Source of the DNA: Bryobacterales bacterium
GTDB taxonomy: Bacteria > Acidobacteriota > Terriglobia > Bryobacterales > Bryobacteraceae
DNA length: 64,000 nt
Assembly (NCBI GenBank): GCA_963846175.1
Contig: CAWJUX010000002.1
Span: 20-64,019, forward strand
Direction: 5' to 3'
Shown here in pieces: positions 47,127 through 56,868 of the stretch. The position numbers were made by a program, and so were the translations under genes. Every line of letters begins with the position of its first letter. Position 1 is the first letter of the stretch. The notes under the pieces are model-generated. The model worked only from the letters and a program-made list of their open reading frames with translations. It was not told where the DNA came from and did not search any database.

Positions 47127-48403
47127 TCTCTGAACGAGGCCAGCAGTGTATCTCCGGTTTGAGGGGCCGTCGCCGTGCTCGTGAACGTGATGGTTGTTCC
47201 GCTGATGGCGTAATCGCCAGATTGTGACAACAGCAATCCGTTCTTATACAGCTTGAGGCTCGTGGAGGGATTAGGGGCGGAAGGCAGTGTGAAGACCAGG
47301 TTCGTTCCGTTGATCGTACCCGAAGGAACGGCGGCGTCTACGAAATTGCTGGTGGTAGATCCAGTGCCCGGCAATCGATAGAAAGCTTGCAGTGTGTCAG
47401 TGGCGAGTGGCACGCTCACGCTGAGGAATGTTAGTACCGAACCGGACAACGTGTAATCCACGCCCGAGGCCTGGGCCAAACCATTTCGATAGACCGTTAG
47501 GCTGGAGGCGGGCGATGGCGTGTTTGCAAGGGCGAACGTTGTATTGACGCCATTCCTGACGCCGCTTGGCACTTCCGAATCAATGAATTGCTCGGATGAT
47601 CCATTGGAGGTTAAGCCGTTGACGGTTGTAACCAGCCCATTCACCATGTTGGTCAGGTTCGTCAAGGATGTTGATAATCCCGACACGGTGCTGCTGATGC
47701 TGCCCAGGTTGCTGGTGAAGGACGTGATGGACGTGTTGTTTGATGCGACGGTGGTGCTGAGGCCGTTGACGGTTGAGGTCAATCCATTTGTGGTCGTCGT
47801 CAGGCCAGCGACAGTGCTGCTCAGGCTGCTGACTGTGTTCTGAAGGCTTGTGAGGGCCGTGCTGGTGGGTACGGCCGCCACTTCCGTGTTCAGCGTTGAA
47901 ATCGCGCTGTTGATGGTGCTCAGGCTGGAGCTTAGGTCGGTGATTTCGCTGATAGCGATGGGTAAGGTCGCGTACTGCCCAGAAGTTGTTCCTCCCGATG
48001 TTGTTCCGCCGGAGCCTTGCGATGTGCTCTGGCGCACTTGACTGATGGTCAAAGGCGTTGTGCTGGGCGGCACCTGCCAGGTTTCGGTCCAGGTGACAGT
48101 GCCGTCGCTGCTGGTATAGATGACCTGATAGTACGTTCCCGCGGCCGCAGTAGTAGTCGGAACCAATAGAACCGACAGAATGCCGTTGTAGATACTGGCG
48201 GAGGCACTCAATTGTGAAACGGGAGTGCCGCTCGGGACCGAAAAGCCGTTCCAGGTGATCACCACCATTCCATCGAAGGGCGTGCCGTCTGAATTCGTGA
48301 TCGTATCCCGAATTTGGGTCAAGCTGGATTGCGCAAGCGCGCAAATGGTTGCTAGCGTCGAGCAAAGAAAAATTGCCACTAGCAGATGGCGGAATTTAAC
48401 CAT
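47123..48403 (-). CDS. secreted Ser/Thr-rich fibre-like protein with two C-terminal repeats (tail-fibre/adhesin-like)
   Basis: Signal peptide. About 130 aa of degenerate S/T-rich short repeats (TVNGLT, TVSGLS...). Then two units of about 75 aa, F(I/V)D..VPSG..NG.N..F.L...P.P..SL..Y.NGL....G.DY..SG...TF. Confidence 0.5.
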   Translation of the reverse strand: MVKFRHLLVAIFLCSTLATICALAQSSLTQIRDTITNSDGTPFDGMVVITWNGFSVPSGTPVSQLSASASIYNGILSVLLVPTTTAAAGTYYQVIYTSSDGTVTWTETWQVPPSTTPLTISQVRQSTSQGSGGTTSGGTTSGQYATLPIAISEITDLSSSLSTINSAISTLNTEVAAVPTSTALTSLQNTVSSLSSTVAGLTTTTNGLTSTVNGLSTTVASNNTSITSFTSNLGSISSTVSGLSTSLTNLTNMVNGLVTTVNGLTSNGSSEQFIDSEVPSGVRNGVNTTFALANTPSPASSLTVYRNGLAQASGVDYTLSGSVLTFLSVSVPLATDTLQAFYRLPGTGSTTSNFVDAAVPSGTINGTNLVFTLPSAPNPSTSLKLYKNGLLLSQSGDYAISGTTITFTSTATAPQTGDTLLASFRD

Positions 48404-48584
48404 GATGCCTCACGTGAAGATTCGCTGTACATGTACGAGCGACTTCAATGAACCATGGGAACGGCCGTTATCTGAAATGCACACGCGCCAGTGAGGAGCA
48501 CGCAACGCGCTACATCGCCTTGATTCCGCTAGGCTTAGGCGAAACTACACAAAAATGAGAAGAGCTGTGAACGCATTTGCCCGA

Positions 48585-49868
48585 TTACATGAACCTGCCG
48601 TCGGCAGAGATACGCTCGGCGCCCATATAGGGTTGGAGGGCGGCGGGAACAACAACGCTGCCATCCGGCTGTTGATAGTTCTCGACCACGGCGACCCAAG
48701 TGCGCCCAATGGCAAGACCGCTGCCGTTCAGAGTGTGAACGAAATCGGCCTTGGCCTTGCCGCTCTTATAGCGGATTTGGGCGCGGCGAGCTTGGAACGC
48801 TTCGAAATTGGAGCAGGAAGAGATTTCCTTGTAAGCGCTCTGGCCGGGCAGCCAGACTTCAATGTCGTAGGTCTTGGCGGAACTGAAGCCCATGTCACCG
48901 GTACACAACAGCATTGTCCGGTATGGCAGACCCAGTTTCTCCAGGACGGTTTCAGCGTGATGAGTCAGCTTCAGGTGCTCTGCATTGCTTTGTTCGGGCA
49001 GCGTGAACTTGACTAATTCCACCTTCTGAAATTGATGCTGGCGAATGATGCCGCGAACGTCACGACCATAGGAGCCGGCTTCACTGCGAAAGCAAGGAGT
49101 GTAGGCGCAAAGCGAGATGGGGAGTTCGTCAGCGCTCAGTGTTTCTTTGCGGAATAGATTGGTGACGGGTACTTCGGCCGTGGGGGCCAGCCACAGATCG
49201 TGCTTTTCACATTTAAAAAGATCTTCTTCAAATTTCGGCAACTGGCCGGTTCCGTACAGGCTTTCGGAATTAATGAGAAAGGGCGGCAGTACTTCGTAAT
49301 AGCCATGCTCTTTGGTATGGAGATCGAGCATGAAGTTGATGAGTGCGCGTTCCAGGCGCGCACCGAGGCCCCAGTAAACTGCAAAGCGTGCGCCGGTCAC
49401 TTTGGCAGCGCGTTCCAGATCTAAAATTCCGAGGTCAGCGCCCAAATCCCAGTGCGGTTTGGGCGTGAATGAAAACTCGTTCGGCGTGCCCCAACGGCGA
49501 ACCTCGACGTTATCGTGTTCGCTTTTTCCGGCAGGGACATCCGCCTGCGGCAGGTTAGGGATGCGGGCGAGCACGTCACGAAATTCGGCATCGAGTTTGT
49601 CAACCTCTGCGTCGAGCTGTGAGCTGCGATCAGCCATGGCACGGACTTCTTGTTGGCGTTCGGTGGTGTCGACGCCCTCCCTGCGCATTTTGCCGATTTC
49701 GACGGTGGCTTGATTGCGCTCGGCTTTGAGCGTTTCGTTTTCGGTGACGAACTGGCGGCGGCGGCGATCCAGTTCGCTAAAGGCTTCCATATCGAGGCTG
49801 AAGCCACGGTCGGCGAGGCGATTGCGAATGAGATCGAGATTATTGCGGAAGAAGTTGAGATCGTACAT
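48585..49868 (-). CDS. serS: seryl-tRNA synthetase
   Basis: N-terminal coiled coil [18 protein letters not shown] and class II motifs ([30 protein letters not shown]). Confidence 0.95.
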   Translation of the reverse strand: MYDLNFFRNNLDLIRNRLADRGFSLDMEAFSELDRRRRQFVTENETLKAERNQATVEIGKMRREGVDTTERQQEVRAMADRSSQLDAEVDKLDAEFRDVLARIPNLPQADVPAGKSEHDNVEVRRWGTPNEFSFTPKPHWDLGADLGILDLERAAKVTGARFAVYWGLGARLERALINFMLDLHTKEHGYYEVLPPFLINSESLYGTGQLPKFEEDLFKCEKHDLWLAPTAEVPVTNLFRKETLSADELPISLCAYTPCFRSEAGSYGRDVRGIIRQHQFQKVELVKFTLPEQSNAEHLKLTHHAETVLEKLGLPYRTMLLCTGDMGFSSAKTYDIEVWLPGQSAYKEISSCSNFEAFQARRAQIRYKSGKAKADFVHTLNGSGLAIGRTWVAVVENYQQPDGSVVVPAALQPYMGAERISADGRFM

Positions 49869-49970
49869 GAGGAAGAGTTCAGACCCGACGAGGGGTGTTT
49901 GTCCAGTTTAGCTTTTGAGAAGCGCTGGAATGCTGGAAAATGCTACAGTCAAGGCTTCGGAGAACAATTG

Positions 49971-50522
49971 ATGCGAATCACCAGACGAGTTGCAGTCGGC
50001 GGCGGGATCAGCGTTCTATTGGCCGCCCAACAAAACGGACCCGTGTCCTCCTCACTGAAAGTGGGCGATACGGCTCCTGACTTTACATTGCCTTCCACCG
50101 AGGGCGGCAATGTCCACATGGCTGACTTTTTTGGCAAGAGCACGGTTGTTCTGGCCTTTTTCCCGGCAGCCTTCACCGGTGGTTGAACGGCCGAAATGAA
50201 AGCGTACCAGGCTGGTATGCAACATTTTCAGGAGACCGGAGCGAAGGTGTTCGGCATTAGCACGGACAACACTCCTTCGCAGAAGGCCTTTGCGGCTCAG
50301 TTGGGTTTAACGTTTCCGCTGCTGAGCGATTTCCTTGACCGCAAGGTTTCTCAGCAGTACGGTATCTTCATTCCGAAATATGCCATTGCGAACCGGGTAA
50401 CGTTTGTCATTGACAGCCAAGGCAAGATCGACACGATTGAATCCGGTGGCGATGCTATCAAGATGCTGCAGACGCCGGATGCGTGCAGCCGATTGGCGCA
50501 CAAGAAGGCGCAGGGCTCTTAG
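49971..50522 (+). CDS. AhpC/TSA (BCP-like) peroxiredoxin with an in-frame TGA at the peroxidatic-Cys position (candidate selenocysteine; otherwise a nonsense pseudogene)
   Basis: ORFs 49650..50186 and 50196..50522 are in the same frame. Read through, the sequence is [12 protein letters not shown]...[24 protein letters not shown]...VFGISTD..., the Prx active-site context FxPxxFTxxC(T/S). Confidence 0.65.
50193..50228 (+). promoter_or_regulatory. SECIS-like stem-loop starting 6 nt after the in-frame TGA
   Basis: Lower stem GAAAUG/CAUUUU (50193..50198 with 50223..50228). Upper stem GCGUACC/GGUAUGC (50202..50208 with 50214..50220, one G:U). Apical loop AGGCU, whose G residues lie 24-25 nt from the UGA. 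Confidence 0.45.
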
Positions 50523-50529
50523 CGGAGGT

Positions 50530-52860
50530 TTAGCGATCCCTACATTCGGCGGCAAGCCGTTTGTATACTTCTTCAGCATGGTTATAGGCCTCGCTGGCAG
50601 CCGTTTGCTCAGCGGTCGCTATGCGCGGGGCCTTCTGACTCCAGCATTGATGAACGGCGGCCAGCGCCCATTTTGCGCTGGCTTCTGAAGCTCGAACTGG
50701 TTTTCCCCAGACGGTGATGAAGATGGGATTCGTGTGCGCGGCGGCCAGCACACGAACGGCTACCCAGCTGCTTTTCTCAATAGGTACATCAAAACCAACA
50801 TCATGGATAGCGCCGTCGGCAGCGATTGGTTTCTGAGCGACCGCAACGCCGTTGACGATGAGCTCCACGTTTACATTCCGGGAACTGCCGGCGCGAGCAC
50901 GCTCCACAGTCCAATAGGGCTTCTGATCGTAAGGACGAGACTTCACAGCTTCGTCGGGAACGGAGTCGAGCGCGGCTGCGGCATGCAGTGTGACGTGAAC
51001 AGTGGCGGGTGAAGGCAGCTTTAGTTCACTGTCGTTGACTCCCACCCCGGAACCATTAATGGCGAAATCCATAAGATGCGTTCGGCCATCTGAAACGTAG
51101 CTGCGTCCGGATTTTAGACCAGTCAGCCAGCTCTCATAAGTAAGCGGCCCTTTGAGATTCACATAGCTGCGGGCCTGACCCACGCGAGCGTCGGTGATGC
51201 AGGGGAAATCAGTTTCGCCGACGATGCGAGTGCGGAATCCGAGATTCAGAGTGTGATACCAGATGCTTAGTTCCCATACGACGGGAGTGTCGCCGACTGA
51301 TAGAAAATCGACCGCGCCGGGCTCGGTAACATCCACGATATATTCGTTTGCGCCTATGCCGTCGAAGCCGGGCATTTCGAGACTGGGAATTTGAGTGCCG
51401 GCCACCTGGAGTCCCCAACCTGAATGGGCGAAACCGACCACTGCTCCCTGTGCGTGCGCCCATTTGAGGATCGGCAGATCCCAGGTGGGCCAGTCTTCCA
51501 GCTTATGAGTCTTTGGATAATCCTGGTTTTTCAACCCGAGGAGAACCAGATGACCGGCGTGGCTGGAGGGAAAGCCCGAAACCTCCAAGTCATAGTGCAT
51601 GCGGGAACATGTGGTGGAGAGCGGGTCATCGACGCCGGAGAAGAATTGCTTCTGGTAGTAGTAATCGGGCCCCCAGGTGAGCACGGAGCCGATATTCAGC
51701 TTTTCTCCAGCGATCTGGCGCATCATGTCGGAGGGCAACACGCCTTCGGCCGGATTCATGTAGTGGGAACAACCTGCAGCGTGAACGTGGGTATCGCCGG
51801 AATACCAGTTGAATTTAGAAGGGTCGATCCATCGGCTGAGCTTGATGTTCAGCTCGGCGGGTGACTGGTCCGTGAGTTCTAAAACTTTGGTCTCCGCGAT
51901 ATACTCCGGGCCTCCGGTTGTTGTGACTTTATATTCGCCGGGAGGTAAAGTGATGGATTCGCCGTCAGCGCGGTAAACCTGCGGCTGGAAATAAAGATCA
52001 GGCGCGAGGCGTTTAGAAGGGGTTGGGTAAAGGCGATTTTGAGCGTCCCGAATGGTGAGCGGGGCAATGGTCGGGTTGCCGTTTTCGTCCAGAATGTGAA
52101 GTTTGATCTCGCGTGCCGGCTTTGCCTGAAACAGGATGGTCAGTTGATCCCGGAAGGCCAAATCTTGCGTACCTTGCCCCACGCTGAAGTTAAGGATGGC
52201 GGAGCGCGGGCCGGCATCGCGGCTATAGATTTCAAGAATCTGGTAGTCGAGAGGGAACCCGGAAAGGTTTTTTTGAAGCGGTGGACTTGTAGCGAGAGAG
52301 ATTTCGGCCCAGCGGTCGCGGACGTCCGCGGGACTCAGCACCATGGCGGGCGCCGGGCTTCCGTTGGAGGTGGTGTAGACATCGCCGCTGTTTGGGCTTG
52401 TAACCGTGAGAGGTGAAGTGACGCCTGCGCGGTTGATGACTTTCGCCAGGAAGAAACGGCTTCCCCCTTGGACAAGATCAGCGGGCGCGGGACCGCGTTC
52501 CACTTTCACGCGGCTTTCTGCGTTGATATCGACTATCGCTAGGACGTAAGGATCGAGGGTGCGCTGCAAGGCCGTGACGCCGGTTAATTCATCTTTGTTC
52601 GAGATTGCGTCGTTGATTGCTTCCTTGGTAGCGCGATCGAGAGGTTGTCCGAGAACTTCCATGGCGGATTCGAGGCGGCGGATCTGCTGGGCGAGGGGCT
52701 GGATTGCGAGCTGGCCGGGATCAGTGGTGATGAGCCGGGAGCGATTGTTACCACCGAACCAGGATTGCTGGCTCTGTCTGAAAGAGCTGTTGTCCTGGGC
52801 GCCAGCGTGTGAAAGAGTCAGCAACAGAGAGAAAATCAGGCAGTGAGGCACATGAGTCAT
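50530..52860 (-). CDS. secreted CehA/McbA-family (PHP-like) metallohydrolase with large N-terminal beta-rich region
   Basis: Signal MTHVPHCLIFSLLLTLSHAGAQ (ATG 52860). YSGDTHVHAAGCSHY, GFAHSGWG and ETDFPCI motifs. Confidence 0.65.
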   Translation of the reverse strand: MTHVPHCLIFSLLLTLSHAGAQDNSSFRQSQQSWFGGNNRSRLITTDPGQLAIQPLAQQIRRLESAMEVLGQPLDRATKEAINDAISNKDELTGVTALQRTLDPYVLAIVDINAESRVKVERGPAPADLVQGGSRFFLAKVINRAGVTSPLTVTSPNSGDVYTTSNGSPAPAMVLSPADVRDRWAEISLATSPPLQKNLSGFPLDYQILEIYSRDAGPRSAILNFSVGQGTQDLAFRDQLTILFQAKPAREIKLHILDENGNPTIAPLTIRDAQNRLYPTPSKRLAPDLYFQPQVYRADGESITLPPGEYKVTTTGGPEYIAETKVLELTDQSPAELNIKLSRWIDPSKFNWYSGDTHVHAAGCSHYMNPAEGVLPSDMMRQIAGEKLNIGSVLTWGPDYYYQKQFFSGVDDPLSTTCSRMHYDLEVSGFPSSHAGHLVLLGLKNQDYPKTHKLEDWPTWDLPILKWAHAQGAVVGFAHSGWGLQVAGTQIPSLEMPGFDGIGANEYIVDVTEPGAVDFLSVGDTPVVWELSIWYHTLNLGFRTRIVGETDFPCITDARVGQARSYVNLKGPLTYESWLTGLKSGRSYVSDGRTHLMDFAINGSGVGVNDSELKLPSPATVHVTLHAAAALDSVPDEAVKSRPYDQKPYWTVERARAGSSRNVNVELIVNGVAVAQKPIAADGAIHDVGFDVPIEKSSWVAVRVLAAAHTNPIFITVWGKPVRASEASAKWALAAVHQCWSQKAPRIATAEQTAASEAYNHAEEVYKRLAAECRDR

Positions 52861-53116
52861 TGTCCCGTCCGGCGATGTCCATTCGTCCAAGGCGCGGTAT
52901 TCGGAATCCGTTCCTCATGACTGATGATGTACAAACCAACAGCCACAACATATCAAAGAGCTCTCTTCTGTAGGATGACTGACTCAAAGGATGAGGGAAG
53001 CACGTGCTTTGCTAATAACGGCTGAGGGATTCTTCTTGAAATGTACGCACGATTGGCGTACACTACGGTGTTGGGAGCTTTGCTCGCCGTCAATTATTAG
53101 GCGGGAGGGGCATGCG

Positions 53117-53419
53117 ATGCGAGTGATAGAACGCAGCACGCGAACAACCGGAAATGAGCGCTTTGCGGCACGGGTAAGTCCCGAGAAGAAGTCGTTGTTG
53201 AAGCGAGCCGCAAAGCTTCGCGGTAGCTCCCTCACAGAATTCGTGATCAATAGCGCCATGGAAGCGGCGGAGCGCACCATAAAAGAAGCGGAGTTTATGG
53301 AACTCACGCAACGCGACAGGGCAGCGTTTGTACAAGCCCTGCTGAATGCTCCGGCGCCGCCCAATGCAAAACTGCGTAAAGCCGCTTTACGGCATGCGCA
53401 GATGTTTCCTGCGAGTTAA
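53117..53419 (+). CDS. DUF1778 (TacA-like) type II antitoxin
   Basis: RFAARVSPEKKSLLKRAAKLRGSSLTEFVINSAMEAAERTI... is a typical RHH DUF1778 sequence. GGAGGGG precedes the ATG. Confidence 0.8.
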   Translation: MRVIERSTRTTGNERFAARVSPEKKSLLKRAAKLRGSSLTEFVINSAMEAAERTIKEAEFMELTQRDRAAFVQALLNAPAPPNAKLRKAALRHAQMFPAS

Positions 53420-53445
53420 GCGCCATTACCGCGAATTCTTTTTTT

Positions 53446-53955
53446 GAGATCGAGCCGCTGGGAGCCAGCCATAGACCCCTCCGAGCGTCCTTTTCATGCG
53501 GGATAGATGCGCTCGACCGTTATTTGAAACAGCAGGCCAGCCAGGACGCCCGAAAAGGTGTAGCGCTGCCCTTCGTGCTTGTATCCAAAGACAATCGCCT
53601 CGCTGGCTATTACACGCTTGCGTCTTACGGCTTGCGGTCGGATGATCTTCCGGCCGAGCTGACAGAGCAGCTTCGCCTGCCTGGCTATGACGTGATAGGT
53701 GCGACGCTGCTAGGAAGGTTGGCGCGCCATCTGACTTTTAAAGGGCAGGGAATCGGCGAGGTGCTTTTGACCGATGCGCTCAAGAGGGCGCTTCATGGCA
53801 GCCGGACAGTAGCAGCGTCGGTAGGCGTGATAGTCGATGCAAAGGACGAAAAGGCGCAACGGTTCTACGCCGACTACGAGTTTTTCGCTCCATTCCCCGA
53901 TACGCCAAGACGGCTGTTTATGCGAATGGAAACGATAACGGAACTCTTCGCCTAG
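53446..53955 (+). CDS. GNAT-family acetyltransferase toxin (TacT-like); no canonical start codon for the conserved N-terminus
   Basis: The frame is open from 53380. EIEPLGASHRPLRASFSCGIDALDRYLKQQA (typical TacT N-terminus) precedes the first ATG/GTG/TTG in frame (TTG 53524). GNAT core LGRLARHLTFKGQGIGEVLL. Confidence 0.7.
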   Translation, partial: EIEPLGASHRPLRASFSCGIDALDRYLKQQASQDARKGVALPFVLVSKDNRLAGYYTLASYGLRSDDLPAELTEQLRLPGYDVIGATLLGRLARHLTFKGQGIGEVLLTDALKRALHGSRTVAASVGVIVDAKDEKAQRFYADYEFFAPFPDTPRRLFMRMETITELFA

Positions 53956-54679
53956 ACGCAACGAACGGGAGAATAACAAGCGTTAAGCAGAGCGGTGATG
54001 GGCGCGGTAGCTGAAAACTTGGCGAAAGCCTACCGCAAGCCGTTCCGGAAGGTTGGCCTCCAGAGCAATCCTCTATGCTCTGTTCCACTTCCGGAGCGAT
54101 ATCTCCTTCATCGTAGCCTTGTAAACACAATTCGACAGCACCGTCACGCTTGATCGGCCGCCTCGCCCGGCGTCGATTTAAGGGCGGCTCGGAGAGGGGG
54201 CAGGGAAGCCGCGGCGGTTAATACAACATTAAGGGGGGGTAGGTCTGGCTATTTTTCATTGAGGCAGCACAGCGAACACCAAACAAACTGCTGCTGCGAA
54301 TATCAATGCTTTTGGTCCCAATAACATTGCGAATGCAGAGGGTGTGCGCCCGAACTCTGGCGCCGCTGTGATGCTGCAGCATCTGGCGGCAATTCCAGTG
54401 AAGCATGTGTCAATGACAACTATAATCCGGTTTCGCGAATAGTGCTTTGGTTTGCCTGGGGTTACTGATTCAGTATTGCGGAATACATTTCTCGGTATTG
54501 GAAGAAAAAGACATTCCCTTTGGTACTGCCGCAGCATCCGTAAGATCGACAGAACACCGTCAACAGGAATAAACTAACTCAGAACCGTTTTCGCCAGGCA
54601 TTTCGCTTCGGCACGTCGAAGATCGAATAAACTTGCTTAATTCTGTAATGATCCGCGCCTTTCGCGCAGCAATCTTTGA

Positions 54680-56065
54680 ATGAGGGAAATGATGAGAAAT
54701 AAGATTTATCGCGGACCCATTGGATATGTCCTGGCAGCAAGCTTGCTGGCGATTCCGTTAACGCCGCTGTTTGCGCAAACGGCCACGAAAACGGCTCCTG
54801 CGCATACGGCGGCATCGCCGGTGGATTCGGTGATTCAGCTTGTAAAATCCGGAATGTCTGAGGGGCTGATCATCAAAACACTGCAGAAACAGAACAAAGC
54901 GGTGAGTCTATCGCCTGCCGATCTGGTGAAGCTACAGAAGGCAGGAGTATCAGAGAACATTATCAGCACGATGATGGATCCGAGCGCCACGCCGGCAGCC
55001 GCTGCGCCGGTGGCTCCGACACCCGCGCCGGGTCCGGCCATTGTCTCCACACCCGCTCCAGCGGCGCCATCCGCGCCGGCCACCGCGACATCGCCCTCAA
55101 TGGTGCCGCCTGCGCCCACCGCGGTCAGCCAGGCAGATAAGAAGCGCGTCATTGTCGACGATTTTGATTACTCCACCGTGAAGACAACAGTGCAGGCGGT
55201 TTTCGGCACGGAACAGAACGTCGGCAAGGGGATTAAGGCGATGTTAGTGACTCGGCTGGCGAACCAGGGCCACGTAGTGGTGGTGGAGCGCGGCAAAAAC
55301 ATTGACGTGTTGATGAAGGAACAGGACCGGAATCAGAGCAATCGGGTGAAGCAGGGAAGCGGGAGCCGGGTTGGCCGAATTTCCGGCGCGGATGCGTTAT
55401 TGACCGGTGACATTACGACGTTTGGCCGCGACGATAAACATAAGGGTGTGGGCGCGGGCGGTTTCGGCGGAGGATGGCTGGGCGGTGCAGCGGCAGCGCT
55501 TTCGGCATCGAAGACCGAAGACAAGGCGGTGGTGGTGATCAACTACCGGCTGGTGGACGCCGAAACGTCTGAAGTGATTGCCACTGGCGAAGCGCGCGGA
55601 GAATCAGCCCGTAAGAGCAAGGCCTTGGCGGCTTTTGCCGCTGGTTATAACCGCGGCGCGGTGGGCGGGGGCGGCGGGGGATTCGATATGACGAGTTCCA
55701 ATTTCGCAGAAACGATTATTGGTGAGGCTACCCAGGATTGTGTGAACAAGCTGGCCGACATTCTGAACACGCAGGCAGCGGCGATGAAAAAGGTGGTGCG
55801 AGATGTGGAAGCGTCAGTGGCCGATGTTTCGGGCAGTTCCCTCACTATCACCGCCGGCGCGAATGATGGCGTGAGCCAAGGCGATATTTTTGAAGTTCTC
55901 AAAGTGACTCGCGAAGTACGGGACCCAACCACAAAGGAAGTGTTGGATCGCCTGACCGACAAAGTGGGCGAGATGACGATTGTCAGCGTGCGCGATAAGA
56001 TTGCTACCGGCAACTATCAGGGTTCCACTCCGCAGGTTGGATTTCTTGTGCGGAAGAAAATCTAG
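54680..56065 (+). CDS. CsgG/HfaB-family lipoprotein-like secretion component with N-terminal duplicated helical motif and P/A-rich linker
   Basis: Signal peptide. Duplicated motif VIQLVKSGMSEGLIIKTL / LVKLQKAGVSENIISTMM. Core KKRVIVDDFDYS...GKGIKAMLVTRLANQGHVVVVER...ADALLTGDITTFG. Confidence 0.8.
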   Translation: MREMMRNKIYRGPIGYVLAASLLAIPLTPLFAQTATKTAPAHTAASPVDSVIQLVKSGMSEGLIIKTLQKQNKAVSLSPADLVKLQKAGVSENIISTMMDPSATPAAAAPVAPTPAPGPAIVSTPAPAAPSAPATATSPSMVPPAPTAVSQADKKRVIVDDFDYSTVKTTVQAVFGTEQNVGKGIKAMLVTRLANQGHVVVVERGKNIDVLMKEQDRNQSNRVKQGSGSRVGRISGADALLTGDITTFGRDDKHKGVGAGGFGGGWLGGAAAALSASKTEDKAVVVINYRLVDAETSEVIATGEARGESARKSKALAAFAAGYNRGAVGGGGGGFDMTSSNFAETIIGEATQDCVNKLADILNTQAAAMKKVVRDVEASVADVSGSSLTITAGANDGVSQGDIFEVLKVTREVRDPTTKEVLDRLTDKVGEMTIVSVRDKIATGNYQGSTPQVGFLVRKKI

Positions 56066-56074
56066 CAGGGCCCT

Positions 56075-56854
56075 ATGAAGCTGTGCGTACCTGTCCTTGT
56101 AGTTTGTGCGGCGACGGGATATTGCCAGACACCCGCTGCCACAGCACCGGTCTGGAGATCCCACCTGTTATCGCTCCCTGGAACTCCCCCGGCCAGCACG
56201 TCACCCCAGGACATCACGCAATTTGAACGCAATATGCGCATGGCCGCCACCTACCTGGGCAACATGCCGCCAAACGCCACCCCGGCGCAATGGGAGGCGA
56301 ACCGCATTTTAGTGCGGAGGATGGCCGCGTACCTGGCTGGACTTCACAGCCTGACTGGCGATACCCGGCTCAAGAGCGCGGTCACTCATGCGCAAAGTTC
56401 GTTCGACTCCCTGGGCTTTGGTCCCTATTTGGCGTTTATGATGTCGGCGAACGCTCCTTATCCGGATGCGCCGCAAAGCGATGTGACTGGAAATGCCTAT
56501 GACGCACCAGCGCCGCAGGTGACGCCGACTGCCGCACCCTTTGAATTGGATGCGCCGGAATTGACTAATGTCAGCGCGGCGGATAAAGACAAGGCGGCAG
56601 ATTTGAGCAAGCGCTACGAATCAGATTCCGCGTACGCGTCCGCAGTTTGGCAGAACGCCGAAATTTTAAGGCAAAACCTGGCGGCGCGCGGGATGGGGTT
56701 GAATCTGGATACTGCCACTGCGATGATGCGATTGCCTCAGCCGTTCCATTCGGCGGCGGCAGATCTTCGCGCGGGCAACTGGGATAGTGCGCGCTCGCAT
56801 CTGGAACAGGCGGAAGCTGTAACGGAAAAGATAGCCAAGTCAGTTGGCCGGTGA
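56075..56854 (+). CDS. secreted hypothetical protein sharing a C-terminal module with the downstream kinase
   Basis: Signal MKLCVPVLVVCAATGYCQ. The last 61 aa align without gaps to the last 61 aa of the 56869..59058 product. Confidence 0.55.
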   Translation: MKLCVPVLVVCAATGYCQTPAATAPVWRSHLLSLPGTPPASTSPQDITQFERNMRMAATYLGNMPPNATPAQWEANRILVRRMAAYLAGLHSLTGDTRLKSAVTHAQSSFDSLGFGPYLAFMMSANAPYPDAPQSDVTGNAYDAPAPQVTPTAAPFELDAPELTNVSAADKDKAADLSKRYESDSAYASAVWQNAEILRQNLAARGMGLNLDTATAMMRLPQPFHSAAADLRAGNWDSARSHLEQAEAVTEKIAKSVGR

Positions 56855-56868
56855 GGCGGCTTTGACCC

